A DNA stretch of 64,000 nt from an uncultured Gemmatimonadaceae bacterium (GCA_963817955.1 CAWFQK010000009.1:96001-160000); one strand, 5' to 3'. Positions 52,563 through 64,000 are shown, numbered from the stretch's first letter. The notes: generated from the letters alone by a model not told the origin. Numbers and translations: made by a program.

Positions 52563-52746
52563 CTTAGAAGAGCCGCGGTATTGGTCGCCAGCCTGCATGA
52601 TGGTTCACCGCCGTGTAGGCGGCTTAGAAGAATAATCAGTAGACTATAATGACCACGATCAAGTTCACCGCCGTGTAGGCGGCTTAGAAGCGTCTGCAAA
52701 GCGCGCTGCGATCATCCGTAGAGTTCACCGCCGTGTAGGCGGCTTA
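52563..52746 (+). CRISPR. Array segment 3: repeat remnant, 3 spacers, 3 repeats (last truncated)
   Basis: Repeats at 52603, 52663 and 52723; the last ends ...GGCTTA then diverges. Confidence 0.97.
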
Positions 52747-52761
52747 CGGTCCCCGACCCGT

Positions 52762-54922
52762 CTACACGCTCAGTATCGCCTCGAGACGCTCGGCGATCCC
52801 CGCCACGCTTGGCAGCACGGCGTCCAGCAGCACCGGATGGTACGGCATCGGTACGTCCTCGACCGCAACGCGATCCACCGGCGCATCGAGGTGCCAGAAC
52901 GCATCCTTGGCGACGGTGGCGGCGATTTCCGCGCCGAACCCGGCCGTGAGATTGTCTTCGTGCACAATGATGCACCGCCCGGTCTTTGCCACGGACCCGA
53001 GCACACACGCGCGGTCCCAGGGCGCAATCGAACGCAGGTCGATCAGCTCCACGCGATTGCCGAACCGCGCCGCCGCTTCGCTGCACCGATGGACCAATGC
53101 ACCCCAGCTCACCAGGGTCACGTTCCGTCCCTCACGCAGCACCTTCGCTTTGCCGAACGGCACGATGTAGTCGTGGCCGGGATAGTGCGCGCTGCCGTCA
53201 CTCGTCATCAACAGCGAGCGATGCTCGAAGAAGATCGTCGGGTTCGCGCCGCGCATGGCCGACCGTAAGAGGCCCACGGCATCCGCGGCGTTCGACGGCA
53301 TCGCCACCTGCCATCCGTAGGCATGCGCGAACCGAACTTCGTCGCTGAGACTGTGCCAGGGGTCGCCGACGTCTTTTCCAAATCCTCCCGGCATGCGCAC
53401 CACGATCGGCGCCGCGAAGCGATTGGCCGTGCGCCAGCGCATCGTTCCGCAATTGTTCAACTGTTCGGTGGCGGGATCGGCGTATTTGCGGAATTGAATC
53501 TCCGCGACTGGCATGAGTCCCGAGATGGCCATGCCGACGGCGCGCCCGATGATGCCCTCTTCCGATAGGCTCGTGTCGAACACGCGGCTGTCGCCGAACT
53601 GCTTCTGCAACCCTTCGGTCACGAGATGCACGCCGCCCTTGCGACCAACATCTTCGCCGAACACCAAGACTTTCGGATTCACTTCGAGCTCACGCCGCAG
53701 TGTGCGACGCACCGCCTCGGCGAAGCGCACGGTGTCGCCCCCGGCCGCAGGCGTGTCGCGTCCGTCGAGTGCCGCGCGTTCGGCGCGCGAGAGTCCGCCG
53801 AGCGCTTCAGGGGAACCTTCGCTGTCGTCGGCATACAGCCAACGTGCGACGGTAGCCGGGTTCGGATTGGGCCGGGCGCGCGCTGCCGCGAGTCCCGCCT
53901 GCACGTCACGCGCGACCTCGGACTCGAGCTGCGTCCATTCCGCTTCTGACATCAGCGACGGCACGAGATACGCGCGCAGTTTCGGCAGCGGATCGCGCGC
54001 GGCGTCCGCTGCAATCTCGGCATCGGTACGGTAGCCCTTCTGATTGTCAGGGCCGGAATGGCTGGAGAGGCGCGGAACGGTCAGCCGCACGAGCGCCGGT
54101 CCCTTGCCGGCGCGCACGTGAGCGACGCATTCGCCGAAGAGACGCGCGGTCTCGCCCGGGTTGCATCCGTCGCCATGACGAACGACGAGATTGCCGAATG
54201 ACGACAGGTTCTTCGCGATGTCGCCACCGGGCGTCTGGAAGGTGCTGCGAACCGAGATGCCGAGGCCGTTGTCCTCGACGTAGAACAGCATCGGCAGTGA
54301 CAGTGAGGTGGCGATGGTCAGTGCCGACCAGAAGCCGTTGCTGGCGACCGAGGCTTCGCCCCCGAGCACGACGCCGATCGCACCCTCCCATTCACTCTCT
54401 CCGAGAACGCCGGCGTGGTACCGAATGGATTGCGCCCAGCCGGCGCACGGGGTGTACTGCGAGCCGACATCACCGGACATCGGAAGCACGACAGGGCCAT
54501 TGCGGTTTGGCAGATTACAGACGACGCCGATGTCCCGTCCGTCGCTGAACCCGCCGGCGCGTCCCAACGGGCTCGCCAGCGCATCCTCGATCGTCAGACC
54601 GAGCGACAGGAGCAGCGGGCGTGAGCGGTAATACGCGCTCGCGGCGTCGTGCTGATGGTCGATCATCGACCCGAGAATGACCTGCGCCACGTCGTGACCG
54701 CGTGCCGAGAACTGGTAGAGCACGAGGTGCTCGCGCGGCACGGTCTGCCTTGTTCTTGTTCGTCGTTTCTTCGGCGTCGTCGAGTGCGCGCGACACGAGC
54801 GTGTGATAGGCGATGCGGCGCCAGTCGAGGCGCGGATCGGGCGCGGTTGCGTCCTCGCCGGCCCGGCGCGATCTGGCCGGCCCACGAGGCGATGAGTCGC
54901 GAGGCACAGGAAGCGTAGTCAC
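52762..54922 (-). CDS. 2-oxoacid dehydrogenase E1 alpha+beta fusion, frameshift near 54748
   Basis: YQFSARGH, YYRSRP, GGEAS...VEDN (TPP site), FGEDV, FDTSLSE, AEIQF, IDLRS.APWD; N-terminal DWRRIAYH..SRALD is in the adjacent frame. Confidence 0.88.
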
Positions 54923-55029
54923 ACGCTGTAATCTGTCGGTGCCGTGGTCGCGAAGCCAGCGTCGCGCCCTGCCAACGACCCCCGGGAACGGACTATCTTC
55001 CGCCGTCGAGCCAATTATCCAAGGCGCGC

Positions 55030-55812
55030 ATGAGTGATATCGTGTTAGACGCAGCCGCAGGCGTAGCAACGATTACGCTGAATCGGCCAGACGTCCTCAA
55101 CAGTATGACGTGTTCGATGGCGCGCGAGCTTCGCGAGTGCCTCGAGTTGGTGGGGCGTGACGACGAGTTACGCGCCGCAGTGCTGACCGGTGCCGGCCGC
55201 GGTTTCTGTGCGGGGCAGGATCTCGCGGAGGTAGCGCCCAGTGGCGCCGCGATGCCAGACCTCGGCGATATCGTGCGCGACAACTACAACCCTGTCATTC
55301 GGGCCATCCGCACACTGGAGAAGCCCGTGATTTGCGCCGTGAACGGCGTGGCCGCCGGCGCGGGTGCCAATCTTGCTTTCGCTTGCGACATCGTCTTCGC
55401 GTCGTCCACCGCCATGTTCATACAATCGTTCGCCAGAATTGGTGTCATCCCCGATTGCGGCGGCACCTTCATGCTTCCGCGCATCGTCGGACTGCATCGC
55501 GCCGCGATCATGACCATGCTTGCCGAAAAGATGGGGGCCGAGCAGGCGCGCGAATGGGGGCTCGTGTACAGGGTGACTGAACCAGAGGTTCTGCTCGAAA
55601 CCGCGGTTGGCACGGCGAAGCAACTGGCGATGCAGCCGACACGCGCACTGGGCCTCATCAAACGTGGGTTCAACCGATCGCTTGGAGTCGATCTCGACGC
55701 GCAGCTCGATTACGAAGAGGAGCTTCAACGCGAGGCGGGCCTGACCGAGGACTACGCAGAAGGCGTCCACGCATTTCTCGAGAAGCGGAAGCCGGTGTTC
55801 AAGGGGAGGTAG
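55030..55812 (+). CDS. paaG: Enoyl-CoA isomerase/hydratase PaaG
   Basis: GRGFCAGQDL, YNPVI, NGVAAGAGANLA, PDCGGT; paa gene context. Confidence 0.88.
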   Translation: MSDIVLDAAAGVATITLNRPDVLNSMTCSMARELRECLELVGRDDELRAAVLTGAGRGFCAGQDLAEVAPSGAAMPDLGDIVRDNYNPVIRAIRTLEKPVICAVNGVAAGAGANLAFACDIVFASSTAMFIQSFARIGVIPDCGGTFMLPRIVGLHRAAIMTMLAEKMGAEQAREWGLVYRVTEPEVLLETAVGTAKQLAMQPTRALGLIKRGFNRSLGVDLDAQLDYEEELQREAGLTEDYAEGVHAFLEKRKPVFKGR

Positions 55813-55822
55813 GGGCTGAACC

Positions 55823-57022
55823 ATGTCTCTCGATAACAACACGCTCGTCGGAGTCGTCGGTGCCGGGACAATGGGCACCGGGATCGCACAGGTCGCTGCG
55901 ACCGCCGGACATCGCGTGGTGCTCGGCGATGCCGCGCGCGGCGCGACACAGCGCGCACAGGCGAACATCGCCAAGACCATGGAGAACGAGGTGGCGCAGG
56001 GGCGCATGTCGCGCAATGACGCGGATGCGCTCATGGCGCGTGTCGATTTCCAGTGGGAGCCGTTGGACGACGACCTCTCATCATACCGCGACTGCGGGCT
56101 CGTCGTGGAAGCGGTCGTCGAGGATCTCGCGACGAAGCAGTCCGTCTGTCGCCGTCTCGAAGGTGCTGTGTCGCGCGATACGGTGCTTGCGACGAATACG
56201 TCGTCGCTTTCCGTGGCATCCATCGCCTCGGCGTGCACGGTGCCGGAGCGTGTGATCGGCGTGCATTTCTTCAATCCCGCGCCGGTCATGCCGCTCGTCG
56301 AAGTCGTGCCGTGGCTCGGCGCGGGTCCGATCGCCGTGACGTCATCGTTTGCGCTCATGCAGGCGTGGAAGAAGACCCCGGTGCTCGCGTCGGACACGCC
56401 GGGGTTCATCGTCAACCGGATTGCCAGGCCGTACTACGGCGAAGCCATTCGCCTCCTCGAGGAAGGAGTGGCCGACGTGGCCACGATCGACTGGGCGCTC
56501 AGGGAGCTCGGCGGATTCCCTATGGGTCCGTTCGAGCTCATGGACTTCATTGGCAACGACGTGAATTACGCCGTGACACAATCCGTATTCGAGGCCTTCT
56601 ACTACGACCCGCGGTACAAGCCGTCGCTCACGCAGCGGCGATTGGTCGAATCGGGCTTTCTGGGCAGGAAATCAGGACGTGGGTACTACGACTATCACGC
56701 CGGGGCCGAGCTGCCGGAGCCGAACAAGGACCCGGAGATCGCATTGCTCGTGTTCGAGCGTGTGCTCGCCATGCTGATCAACGAGGCGATCGATGCCGTG
56801 CTCCTGCGGGTCGCGTCGCCAGAAGACATCGATCTCGCGATGACGAAGGGGGTACACTATCCCAAGGGCCTGCTCGCCTGGGCGAACGAGATCGGTCTGG
56901 CTCGTGTGCTCGGGTGGATGGACCGCCTGCACCTCGAGTATGGCGAGGACCGGTACCGCCCGAGCCCGTTGCTCCGGCGCATGGTGCGGGACGAACGGCG
57001 CTTCTTCGAGGGGGCGAATTGA
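55823..57022 (+). CDS. paaH: 3-hydroxyacyl-CoA dehydrogenase PaaH
   Basis: GAGTMG.GIA, ATNTSSL, HFFNPAP.M.LVE, PGFIVNR. Confidence 0.9.
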   Translation: MSLDNNTLVGVVGAGTMGTGIAQVAATAGHRVVLGDAARGATQRAQANIAKTMENEVAQGRMSRNDADALMARVDFQWEPLDDDLSSYRDCGLVVEAVVEDLATKQSVCRRLEGAVSRDTVLATNTSSLSVASIASACTVPERVIGVHFFNPAPVMPLVEVVPWLGAGPIAVTSSFALMQAWKKTPVLASDTPGFIVNRIARPYYGEAIRLLEEGVADVATIDWALRELGGFPMGPFELMDFIGNDVNYAVTQSVFEAFYYDPRYKPSLTQRRLVESGFLGRKSGRGYYDYHAGAELPEPNKDPEIALLVFERVLAMLINEAIDAVLLRVASPEDIDLAMTKGVHYPKGLLAWANEIGLARVLGWMDRLHLEYGEDRYRPSPLLRRMVRDERRFFEGAN

Positions 57023-57074
57023 TGGGTTCGTGGGGGGACTAGAACAGCTTCTTACCGCAGAGCGGCCCAACAGC

Positions 57075-57357
57075 TATTGAACGCAGAGGTCGCAGAGAAC
57101 TGCAGAGAGAGGACGCAGAGAACTGCAGAGGAGCACCGAGTAAGTCTTATCCGGGAGTCTTGGATGATGCCGTCGCGACGCTCGGAGCCGCCAAACTGAG
57201 GGGTGGGATCATCTGAGCGATGGAATTATCTAAGAGTTAGGGTCATTCGAATAGTGAATCGCCTCTCGCGTTCCACCTATGCGCGTTTCTCTCTTGCAGT
57301 TCTCTTGCAGTTCTCCTGCTGTTCTCCTGCAGTTCTCTGCGACCTCTGCGTTAAATA
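57075..57357. repeat. Inverted-repeat-bounded miniature element
   Basis: 31-bp IR with one mismatch (57075-57105 / 57327-57357) and internal 11-mer tandem repeats. Confidence 0.8.
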
Positions 57358-57460
57358 AGCAAGCCGTCTCCCGCGCGGACCCCCGAAAGCACCCCCACAC
57401 GCCCGCCCGAAGACCATGATTCAATCCTTCCAAACAACGAATAACGAACGGATATAACGA

Positions 57461-58672
57461 ATGACGAACGCCTACATAGTGGATGGTGTGCGCACAGCCG
57501 TCGCCAGTCTCACCGGCGGCCTGAGTGAGGTACGCGCCGACGATCTGGCGGCCCATGTGATCGCGACCTTGATGCGGCGCCATCCGACGCTGGATCAGGC
57601 CCGAATCACCGACGTCGTGCTCGGCTGTGCGAATCAGGCGGGCGAGGACAATCGCAACGTCGCGCGCATGGCGGCGCTGCTCGCTGGATTGCCGGTGACG
57701 GTGCCAGGCGAAACGGTGAACCGCCTCTGTGCCTCCGGCATGAGCGCGGTGGCGAACGCCGCGCGTGCGGTAAGGCTCGGCGAGGGCGACTACTACATCG
57801 CCGGCGGGGTGGAGAGCATGACGCGCGCGCCGTACACGATGTCGAAAGGCGCCAAGCCCTTCGCGCGCGACATCGAGTTGTTCGATACGAGCATCGGTTG
57901 GCGTTTCGTCAATCCGAAAATGAAAGCCCAGTACGGCACCGACTCCATGGGACAGACCGCCGAGAACGTCGCGGAGCAGTATGGAGTGACGCGCGCCGAT
58001 CAGGATTGTTTCGCGCTACGCTCGCAGCAGAAAGCCGCCGCGGCACGTTCCGCGGGGCGGTTCGGATGCGAGATCGTTGCCGTGGACATTCCGCAGAAGA
58101 AGGGGGCACCAAAGCGGTTCGACCAGGACGAGTTCCTGCGTCCGGAGACCACCATCGAAATTCTCAGCAAGCTCAAACCCGCTTTCCGCGCCGAGGGCGG
58201 TTCAGTCACCGCCGGCAACGCGTCGGGATTGAACGACGGAGCCGTGGCGCTGCTCATCGCATCGGATACCGGCGTCGCGGAACTTGGTGCAACACCGCTG
58301 GCGCGCATCGTGGCGACCGGCGTGGCGGGTGTCGAGCCGCGGATCATGGGTATGGGCCCTGTGCCAGCGTCACGCAAAGCATTGGCGCTGGCCGGCCTCA
58401 CGCTCGATCAGATGGACGTCATCGAACTGAACGAAGCGTTCGCGGCACAATCGCTCGCCTGCCTCCGGGAACTTGGTATTGCGGACGACGATTCCCGGGT
58501 CAATCCGAATGGCGGCGCCATCGCGCTTGGCCATCCACTGGGAATGTCCGGCGCGCGGATCGTGCTCACCGCGGCACGCCAACTCGAGCAGACCGGTGGC
58601 CGATACGCATTGTGCACGTTGTGCATTGGCGTTGGCCAGGGCATGGCCACCATCATCGAGCGGGTGGCCTGA
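57461..58672 (+). CDS. paaJ: 3-oxoadipyl-CoA thiolase (PaaJ/PcaF)
   Basis: [40 protein letters not shown]. Confidence 0.93.
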   Translation: MTNAYIVDGVRTAVASLTGGLSEVRADDLAAHVIATLMRRHPTLDQARITDVVLGCANQAGEDNRNVARMAALLAGLPVTVPGETVNRLCASGMSAVANAARAVRLGEGDYYIAGGVESMTRAPYTMSKGAKPFARDIELFDTSIGWRFVNPKMKAQYGTDSMGQTAENVAEQYGVTRADQDCFALRSQQKAAAARSAGRFGCEIVAVDIPQKKGAPKRFDQDEFLRPETTIEILSKLKPAFRAEGGSVTAGNASGLNDGAVALLIASDTGVAELGATPLARIVATGVAGVEPRIMGMGPVPASRKALALAGLTLDQMDVIELNEAFAAQSLACLRELGIADDDSRVNPNGGAIALGHPLGMSGARIVLTAARQLEQTGGRYALCTLCIGVGQGMATIIERVA

Positions 58673-58713
58673 CCCGCTCACGGCGTGCGGCCGTTTTACG
58701 AGACGGGAGCATC

Positions 58714-60849
58714 ATGACGACGACAGCAGCGACGAGACCGCCAATTGGACTTCCGGGTGCCGAGCCTCGGCGACTGGAGAGCTTTGTCGAGGGCGAGTGG
58801 GTCACCGGAATGGGTGCAGCGGTCGACCTGTATCATGCGGTGAGCGGCGAGCGGATCGGCGAAGCATCGACAGGCGGCGTGGACTTCAAGGGCATGGTGG
58901 CGTACGCGAAACGCGTCGGCGGTCCGGCGCTGCGTACGATGACGTTCCACGAGCGCGCCCTGATGCTGAAAGCCATGGCGCAGTACCTCATGGCGCGGAA
59001 GGACGAGTTCTATCTCGTGTCTGCCGCTACCGGGGCGACCAAACTGGATTCGTGGATCGACATCGATGGCGGCATCGGGACGTTCTTTGCCTATGCGTCT
59101 CGCGGGCGACGTGAGTTTCCGAACGAAACTTTCTTCGTCGATGGCGCTGCGGAGATGTTGTCGAAGGGCGGCACGTTCATTGGCCGTCACATCTGCGTGC
59201 CGATGGAAGGCGTGGCCGTCCACATCAACGCATTCAACTTCCCCGTTTGGGGCATGCTCGAAAAGCTGGCGACGTCGCTCCTCGCCGGCGTGCCGTCGAT
59301 CGTGAAGCCCGCTACGGTCACGTCGTACCTCACCGAAGCGGTGTTCCGGGCGATGATCGAGTCTGGGCTCCTTCCCGCAGGCGCGGTGCAATTGCTCTGT
59401 GGCAGCACCGGCGATCTGCTCGACCATCTCGATTGCCAGAGCGCCGTTGCGTTCACGGGCTCTGCCTCCACGGGCAAGATGCTCAAGTCGTCACCGTCGA
59501 TCCTGGAGCACAACGTTCGCTTCAACATGGAAGCGGACTCTTTGAATTACTCCATGCTTGGCCCGGATGCGGCGCCGGGCACGCCGGAATTCGACTTGTT
59601 CATCAAGGAAGTCAGTCGCGAGATGACAACGAAGGCCGGGCAGAAGTGCACGGCCATTCGTCGGACGTTCGTGCCAGAAGCCGTGCTACAGGATGTAATG
59701 GCTGCACTCGAGAAGCGTCTGGCCACAGTGACGCTGGGCGATCCCGCAGTGGACAGCGTGCGAATGGGGCCACTGGCCGGCCGCGGACAGGTAGCAGAGG
59801 TTCGGAAGAGCGTTGCTGCGCTCTCGCGCTCGGCCGAGCTGGTGTACGGGAACGTTGACGACTTCCAGGTAGTGGGCGCGGACCGCGAGCGCGGTGCCTT
59901 CTTTCCGACGCTGCTGTTCTACGCGAAAGACCCGCTCGGCGCGAGCGAGCCGCATGACGTCGAGGCGTTTGGTCCCGTCAACACCGTGATGCCATACCGC
60001 GGCATCGACGAAGCCATCGAGCTGGCAAAGAAGGGGAAGGGAAGTCTTGTTGGATCGTTGTTCACGGCAGACGATCGAGTGGCGCGCGACGTGGTGCTCG
60101 GCACGGCGGCCTATCACGGCCGGCTGATGTTGATCAATCGCCACAGTGCCCAGGAATCCACCGGACACGGGTCGCCGCTGCCGGCGCTGGTGCATGGCGG
60201 TCCTGGTCGTGCGGGCGGCGGCGAGGAAATGGGCGGTGTGCGCGGTGTGCTGCATTACATGCAACGCACGGCGCTCCAGGGCTCGCCGACCACGTTGATG
60301 CATGTGACGAAGGAGTACGTGCCGGGCGCCACACGCACGACCGATCGCGTGCATCCATTCCGCAAGTACTTCGACGAACTGGAGATTGGCGATTCGCTGG
60401 TCACAGGCCGGCGGACCGTCACCGAGGCCGACATCGTGAACTTCGCCGGGGTGAGCGGCGACTTCTTCTACGCGCACATGGATGACCTGGCGGCGCGGGA
60501 TTCGGTGTTCGAGAAGCGCGTCGCCCATGGCTACTTCGTTCTATCGGCGGCGGCCGGCCTGTTCGTCGATCCGGCGCCCGGTCCGGTGCTCGCCAACTAT
60601 GGCTTGGAGAGCCTGCGGTTCGTGAAGCCGGTCTATCCGGGCGACACGATTCAGGCTACGATCACGGTCAAACAGAAGACCGCCAAGGAAAAGAAACCGG
60701 ATCAAGTCGCGCAGGGTGTCGTCGCCTGGGATGTCGAGGTGAAGAATCAGAACGACGAGCCCGTGGCCGTGTACACGATCTTGACTCTGGTCGAACGTCG
60801 GTCGACGCAGCTGCCATTTCCACCCACTACTTCGGAGCCATCACCATGA
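58714..60849 (+). CDS. paaZ: Bifunctional oxepin-CoA hydrolase/aldehyde dehydrogenase PaaZ
   Basis: [30 protein letters not shown]-terminal MaoC domain [14 protein letters not shown]. Confidence 0.96.
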   Translation: MTTTAATRPPIGLPGAEPRRLESFVEGEWVTGMGAAVDLYHAVSGERIGEASTGGVDFKGMVAYAKRVGGPALRTMTFHERALMLKAMAQYLMARKDEFYLVSAATGATKLDSWIDIDGGIGTFFAYASRGRREFPNETFFVDGAAEMLSKGGTFIGRHICVPMEGVAVHINAFNFPVWGMLEKLATSLLAGVPSIVKPATVTSYLTEAVFRAMIESGLLPAGAVQLLCGSTGDLLDHLDCQSAVAFTGSASTGKMLKSSPSILEHNVRFNMEADSLNYSMLGPDAAPGTPEFDLFIKEVSREMTTKAGQKCTAIRRTFVPEAVLQDVMAALEKRLATVTLGDPAVDSVRMGPLAGRGQVAEVRKSVAALSRSAELVYGNVDDFQVVGADRERGAFFPTLLFYAKDPLGASEPHDVEAFGPVNTVMPYRGIDEAIELAKKGKGSLVGSLFTADDRVARDVVLGTAAYHGRLMLINRHSAQESTGHGSPLPALVHGGPGRAGGGEEMGGVRGVLHYMQRTALQGSPTTLMHVTKEYVPGATRTTDRVHPFRKYFDELEIGDSLVTGRRTVTEADIVNFAGVSGDFFYAHMDDLAARDSVFEKRVAHGYFVLSAAAGLFVDPAPGPVLANYGLESLRFVKPVYPGDTIQATITVKQKTAKEKKPDQVAQGVVAWDVEVKNQNDEPVAVYTILTLVERRSTQLPFPPTTSEPSP

Positions 60850-61277
60850 CACAGTCCAGGATTCGGCAGGGTGTGACGATCGCTGTCGCTCTCATCGCAG
60901 TTGGTGCTTCGGCCCCCGTAGCACGGGCGATTGTTCTATCTCGCGCGCCCGTTCAGCGAGTTGCCGTCGATCCGGTGGGTGAGTACCAGTGGTCCATGAC
61001 CACGTCCGGCATGGCAGTCAACGGTACGCTGAAGGTCACGCGCTCCGACTCGACGCTGTCGGCGACGGTGACGAGCGATCAGACCGACAGCCCGATTCCG
61101 GCCACATCAGTGAAGCTGGACGGAAATCGGTTGACGGTGGTCGCGTCGGGGGACTTCGGCGAGTTCACGATAGGGCTCGATTTCGCAGAGTCGGGCCTGT
61201 CGGGCACATACAAGTACGTGAATCCGAACGGCGCGGCCGACTCGGGGCCGCTCACGATCAAGAAATCCGAGAAATAA
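60846..61277 (+). CDS. Exported hypothetical protein
   Basis: Signal peptide; beta-rich DPVGEYQW..NGTLKV. Confidence 0.7.
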   Translation: MTQSRIRQGVTIAVALIAVGASAPVARAIVLSRAPVQRVAVDPVGEYQWSMTTSGMAVNGTLKVTRSDSTLSATVTSDQTDSPIPATSVKLDGNRLTVVASGDFGEFTIGLDFAESGLSGTYKYVNPNGAADSGPLTIKKSEK

Positions 61278-61300
61278 CTTCGGCAGTGGGCCGTGAAACG

Positions 61301-61328
61301 AGGGAGCCGCGATGATTCGCGGCTCCCT
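61301..61328 (+). terminator. Stem-loop downstream of the operon
   Basis: AGGGAGCCGCGA-TGAT-TCGCGGCTCCCT with only a weak U tract. Confidence 0.5.
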
Positions 61329-61467
61329 TGCGCAGGTGCGCAAGGGCTTCTCAACGCTGTCAGGCTGCGTAAGGGTTCCCCAACGCTGCTCCGTACAGTA
61401 GCGTATCCCAGTCAGTTGCCGACTGCCGGCACCTCACCTCATCCAGCCTTCCTTCAGAGAGCGTTCC

Positions 61468-64000
61468 GTGGCAAATCGAGTCATTAGTCGCGGCTTAGTC
61501 ATAGCCGCGCTTGTCATGCCTTCGATGGTGCTCGCGCAAGGCCGACGCGGGCGCGGCGGCGCGCCCGCCGAATCCGCCGGCCCGAGTGACGTCAGTTGGC
61601 GCAATGTGGGCCCGGAATCGTCCGGCCGCATGGTTGCCGTCGCCGGATCGGCGGCGCGACCCGCTGAGTATTATTTCGGCACCACCGGCGGCGGTGTGTG
61701 GAAGTCCACCGATGGCGGCAAGACCGCCGTTCCAGTGACGGATAATTATTTCGGCGGCACCATTGGCGCCGTGACGGTCGACGAAAAGAACCCGGATGTC
61801 GTGTGGGTGGGCGGGGGTGAGTACGCGATCCGCGGCAACGTCTCGTACGGCGACGGCGTGTGGAAGACCACCGATGCCGGCAAGACCTGGCAGTACATGG
61901 GTCTGAAGGAGACGCAGCAGATCGCCCGCATCGTGCTGGATCCGCGCAATGCCGATGTGGCGTACGTCGCCGCGCTCGGCCACGTGTGGGGAGCCACCCC
62001 GGATCGTGGCGTGTACAAGACCACCGACGGTGGCAAGACATGGAAGAAGATCCTCTTCCGCAATGATTCCACCGGCGCGGTCGAGCTGGTGATGGATCCG
62101 AGCAATCCCGATGTGCTCTACGCCGCGCTCTGGCAGGCCGGTCGCAACCCCTGGATGTTGATCAGCGGCGGCAACGGCGGCGGCATCTTCAAGACGATAG
62201 ATGGTGGCGACCACTGGACGGAGATCACGCTCGCCAAGGGCTTGCCGACCGGGGTCATCGGCAATGTCGGCATGGCGATCTCTCCGGCAAAGCCGAATCG
62301 CATCTGGGCGCTCATCGAGCACGAGCCGAATGGCGGTGTCTATCGCTCCGATGATGCGGGCGCGTCATGGACGCTGCTCAATCAGGATCGCGATCTCCGC
62401 CAGCGTGCCTGGTACTTCTCGCGTCTGTTCGCCGATCCCAAGGATTCGAACGTCGTGTACGCGCCAAACGTCACTCCGCTCTGGTCGCAGGATGGCGGCA
62501 AGACCTTCACGCGCGCGTTCGGTGCCGGCGACAACCACGTCATGTGGATTTCGCCGACCGATTCGAAGCGCATGGTCGTCGGGCATGACAATGGTGCGGT
62601 GCTCACGACGGATGGCGGCACGACGTCGACGCACCTCAATATCCCAACAGGTCAGTTCTATCACGTCCATCTGACGAACAAGGTGCCGTACGACCTCTGC
62701 GGCGCGAAGCAGGATGCCGGCTCGGTGTGTGGTGCCGTACGTCAGGCGGGCGGCTTTGGTGGACGGGGCGGCGGTGGCGGCGGTCGGGGCGGTGCGCCGG
62801 CCCCGGCATCGGCATATGCCGAATTCTACGGAGCGGCGGGCGGCGAGTCAGGCTATCTGGCCTCGGATCCCACCAACCCGAACATCACCTTCGGCGGCAA
62901 TTACAGTGGCGTGATCGACATGCAGGATCGCGGCAGCGGTTTGCGTGCCCGCCTCGATCCGTGGCCCCTCAACCCAATGGGTCACGACGCGAAGGACTCG
63001 AAGTACCGCTTCCAGTGGACCTTCCCGATCATGAATTCGCCGCACGAGCCGCACACGCTCTATGTGGGCGCGAACGTGGTCTTCAAGTCCACGGACAACG
63101 GCAAGAGCTGGCAAGTGATCTCACCCGACCTCACGCGCCACGATCCGGCAACACTTGGCGCATCGGGTGGGCCGATCACCAAGGACCAGACGTCGATCGA
63201 GTACTACGGAACGGTGTTCGCGCTCCAGGAGTCACCGATCACGCCGGGGCTCATCTGGGCCGGCTCGGATGACGGCCTCATTCACGTCACGCGCGACGGC
63301 GGCAAGTCGTGGAAGAACGTGACGCCGAAGGGGCTCCCGCAGTGGACCCGCATTTCGGTCATCGATCCGTCGCCGCACAACGCGGGCACGGCATACGTTG
63401 CCGCGAACCGCTACCAGCTCGACGACTACGCGCCGTACCTCTACAAGACCACCGACTACGGCGCGACGTGGACGCGCATCAACGACGGCATTCCGGTGGG
63501 CGAGTACACGCATTCCATTCGTGAAGACCTCGTCAAGCCCGGCCTGCTCTACGCCGCGACCGAGCGCAGCATGTGGTTGTCGCGCGACGACTGGCGCCCA
63601 CTGGGAAAGCCTGAAGAAGAATCTCCCGCCGGTGCCGGTGCACGACATCGCGCTCCGCGACGACGACATGGTGATCGCCACCCACGGCCGTGCCTTCTGG
63701 GTGATGGAGAACATCTCGCTGCTACGACAGGCGCCGGAAGCGGATGCGGCCGCGGCGGCGGGCAAGGATTTCCTCTACAAGCCGGCACCGGCGTATCGGG
63801 CGGGTGGTGTGACGGTGCAATACAAACTGGCGAACGCCAATCAGCCGGTGACCGTGGAATTCCTCGACCCCACGGGTAAGCTCATTCGCAAGTTCTCATC
63901 AACCGATTCAGTCCCCGCGGCCGGGGGCCGGGGCGGGGCAGGCGGTGGACGTGGCGGCGCGGGTGGACCACCACGCGTGACGACCCGTGCGGGGCTCAAT
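61468..64000 (+). CDS. BNR/VPS10-repeat beta-propeller (glycosyl hydrolase-like), frameshift near 63591, runs off the window
   Basis: Repeated S.DGG.TW Asp-boxes; removing one T restores DDGAHWESLKKNLPPVPVHDI. Confidence 0.85.

Noticed and set aside
41088..52746. Self-targeting spacers within the window
   Set aside because: None noticed by eye, but a systematic alignment was not possible, so this is not excluded.

Overview
GC-rich (about 65%, by eye) bacterial window. Gene content and style suggest Gemmatimonadota, but this is an inference. Positions 1-31.9 kb hold housekeeping and accessory genes: a cyclic beta-1,2-glucan synthase, a ROK kinase, a MarR + DHA2 efflux pair, a GNAT + NSAR/OSBS pair, Tyr/Phe catabolism genes (acetoacetate-CoA ligase, frameshifted hppD and hmgA, an amino acid dehydrogenase), an SNF2 helicase, paaABCD and an Lrp regulator. 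Positions ~32-52.75 kb hold a type I-F CRISPR-Cas locus with the non-canonical order cas2-3, cas8f, cas5f, cas7f, cas6f, cas1. It is followed by an array of 124 repeats and 123 spacers (hand count; repeat GTTCACCGCCGTGTAGGCGGCTTAGAAG). An IS21 element interrupts a spacer (6-bp TSD), and an IS701-like element interrupts a repeat at the crRNA handle (5-bp TSD). The locus separates paaABCD from the rest of the phenylacetate cluster (fused 2-oxoacid dehydrogenase E1, paaG, paaH, paaJ, paaZ at 52.8-60.8 kb). Other signals: spacer pairs that differ only by synonymous changes, an Asn at the Cas8f Lys-wedge position, dispersed heptamer tandem repeats, and an IR-bounded miniature element between paaH and paaJ. 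Several frameshifts are probably sequence-consensus errors. All protein family calls come from motif recognition, not from database searches.
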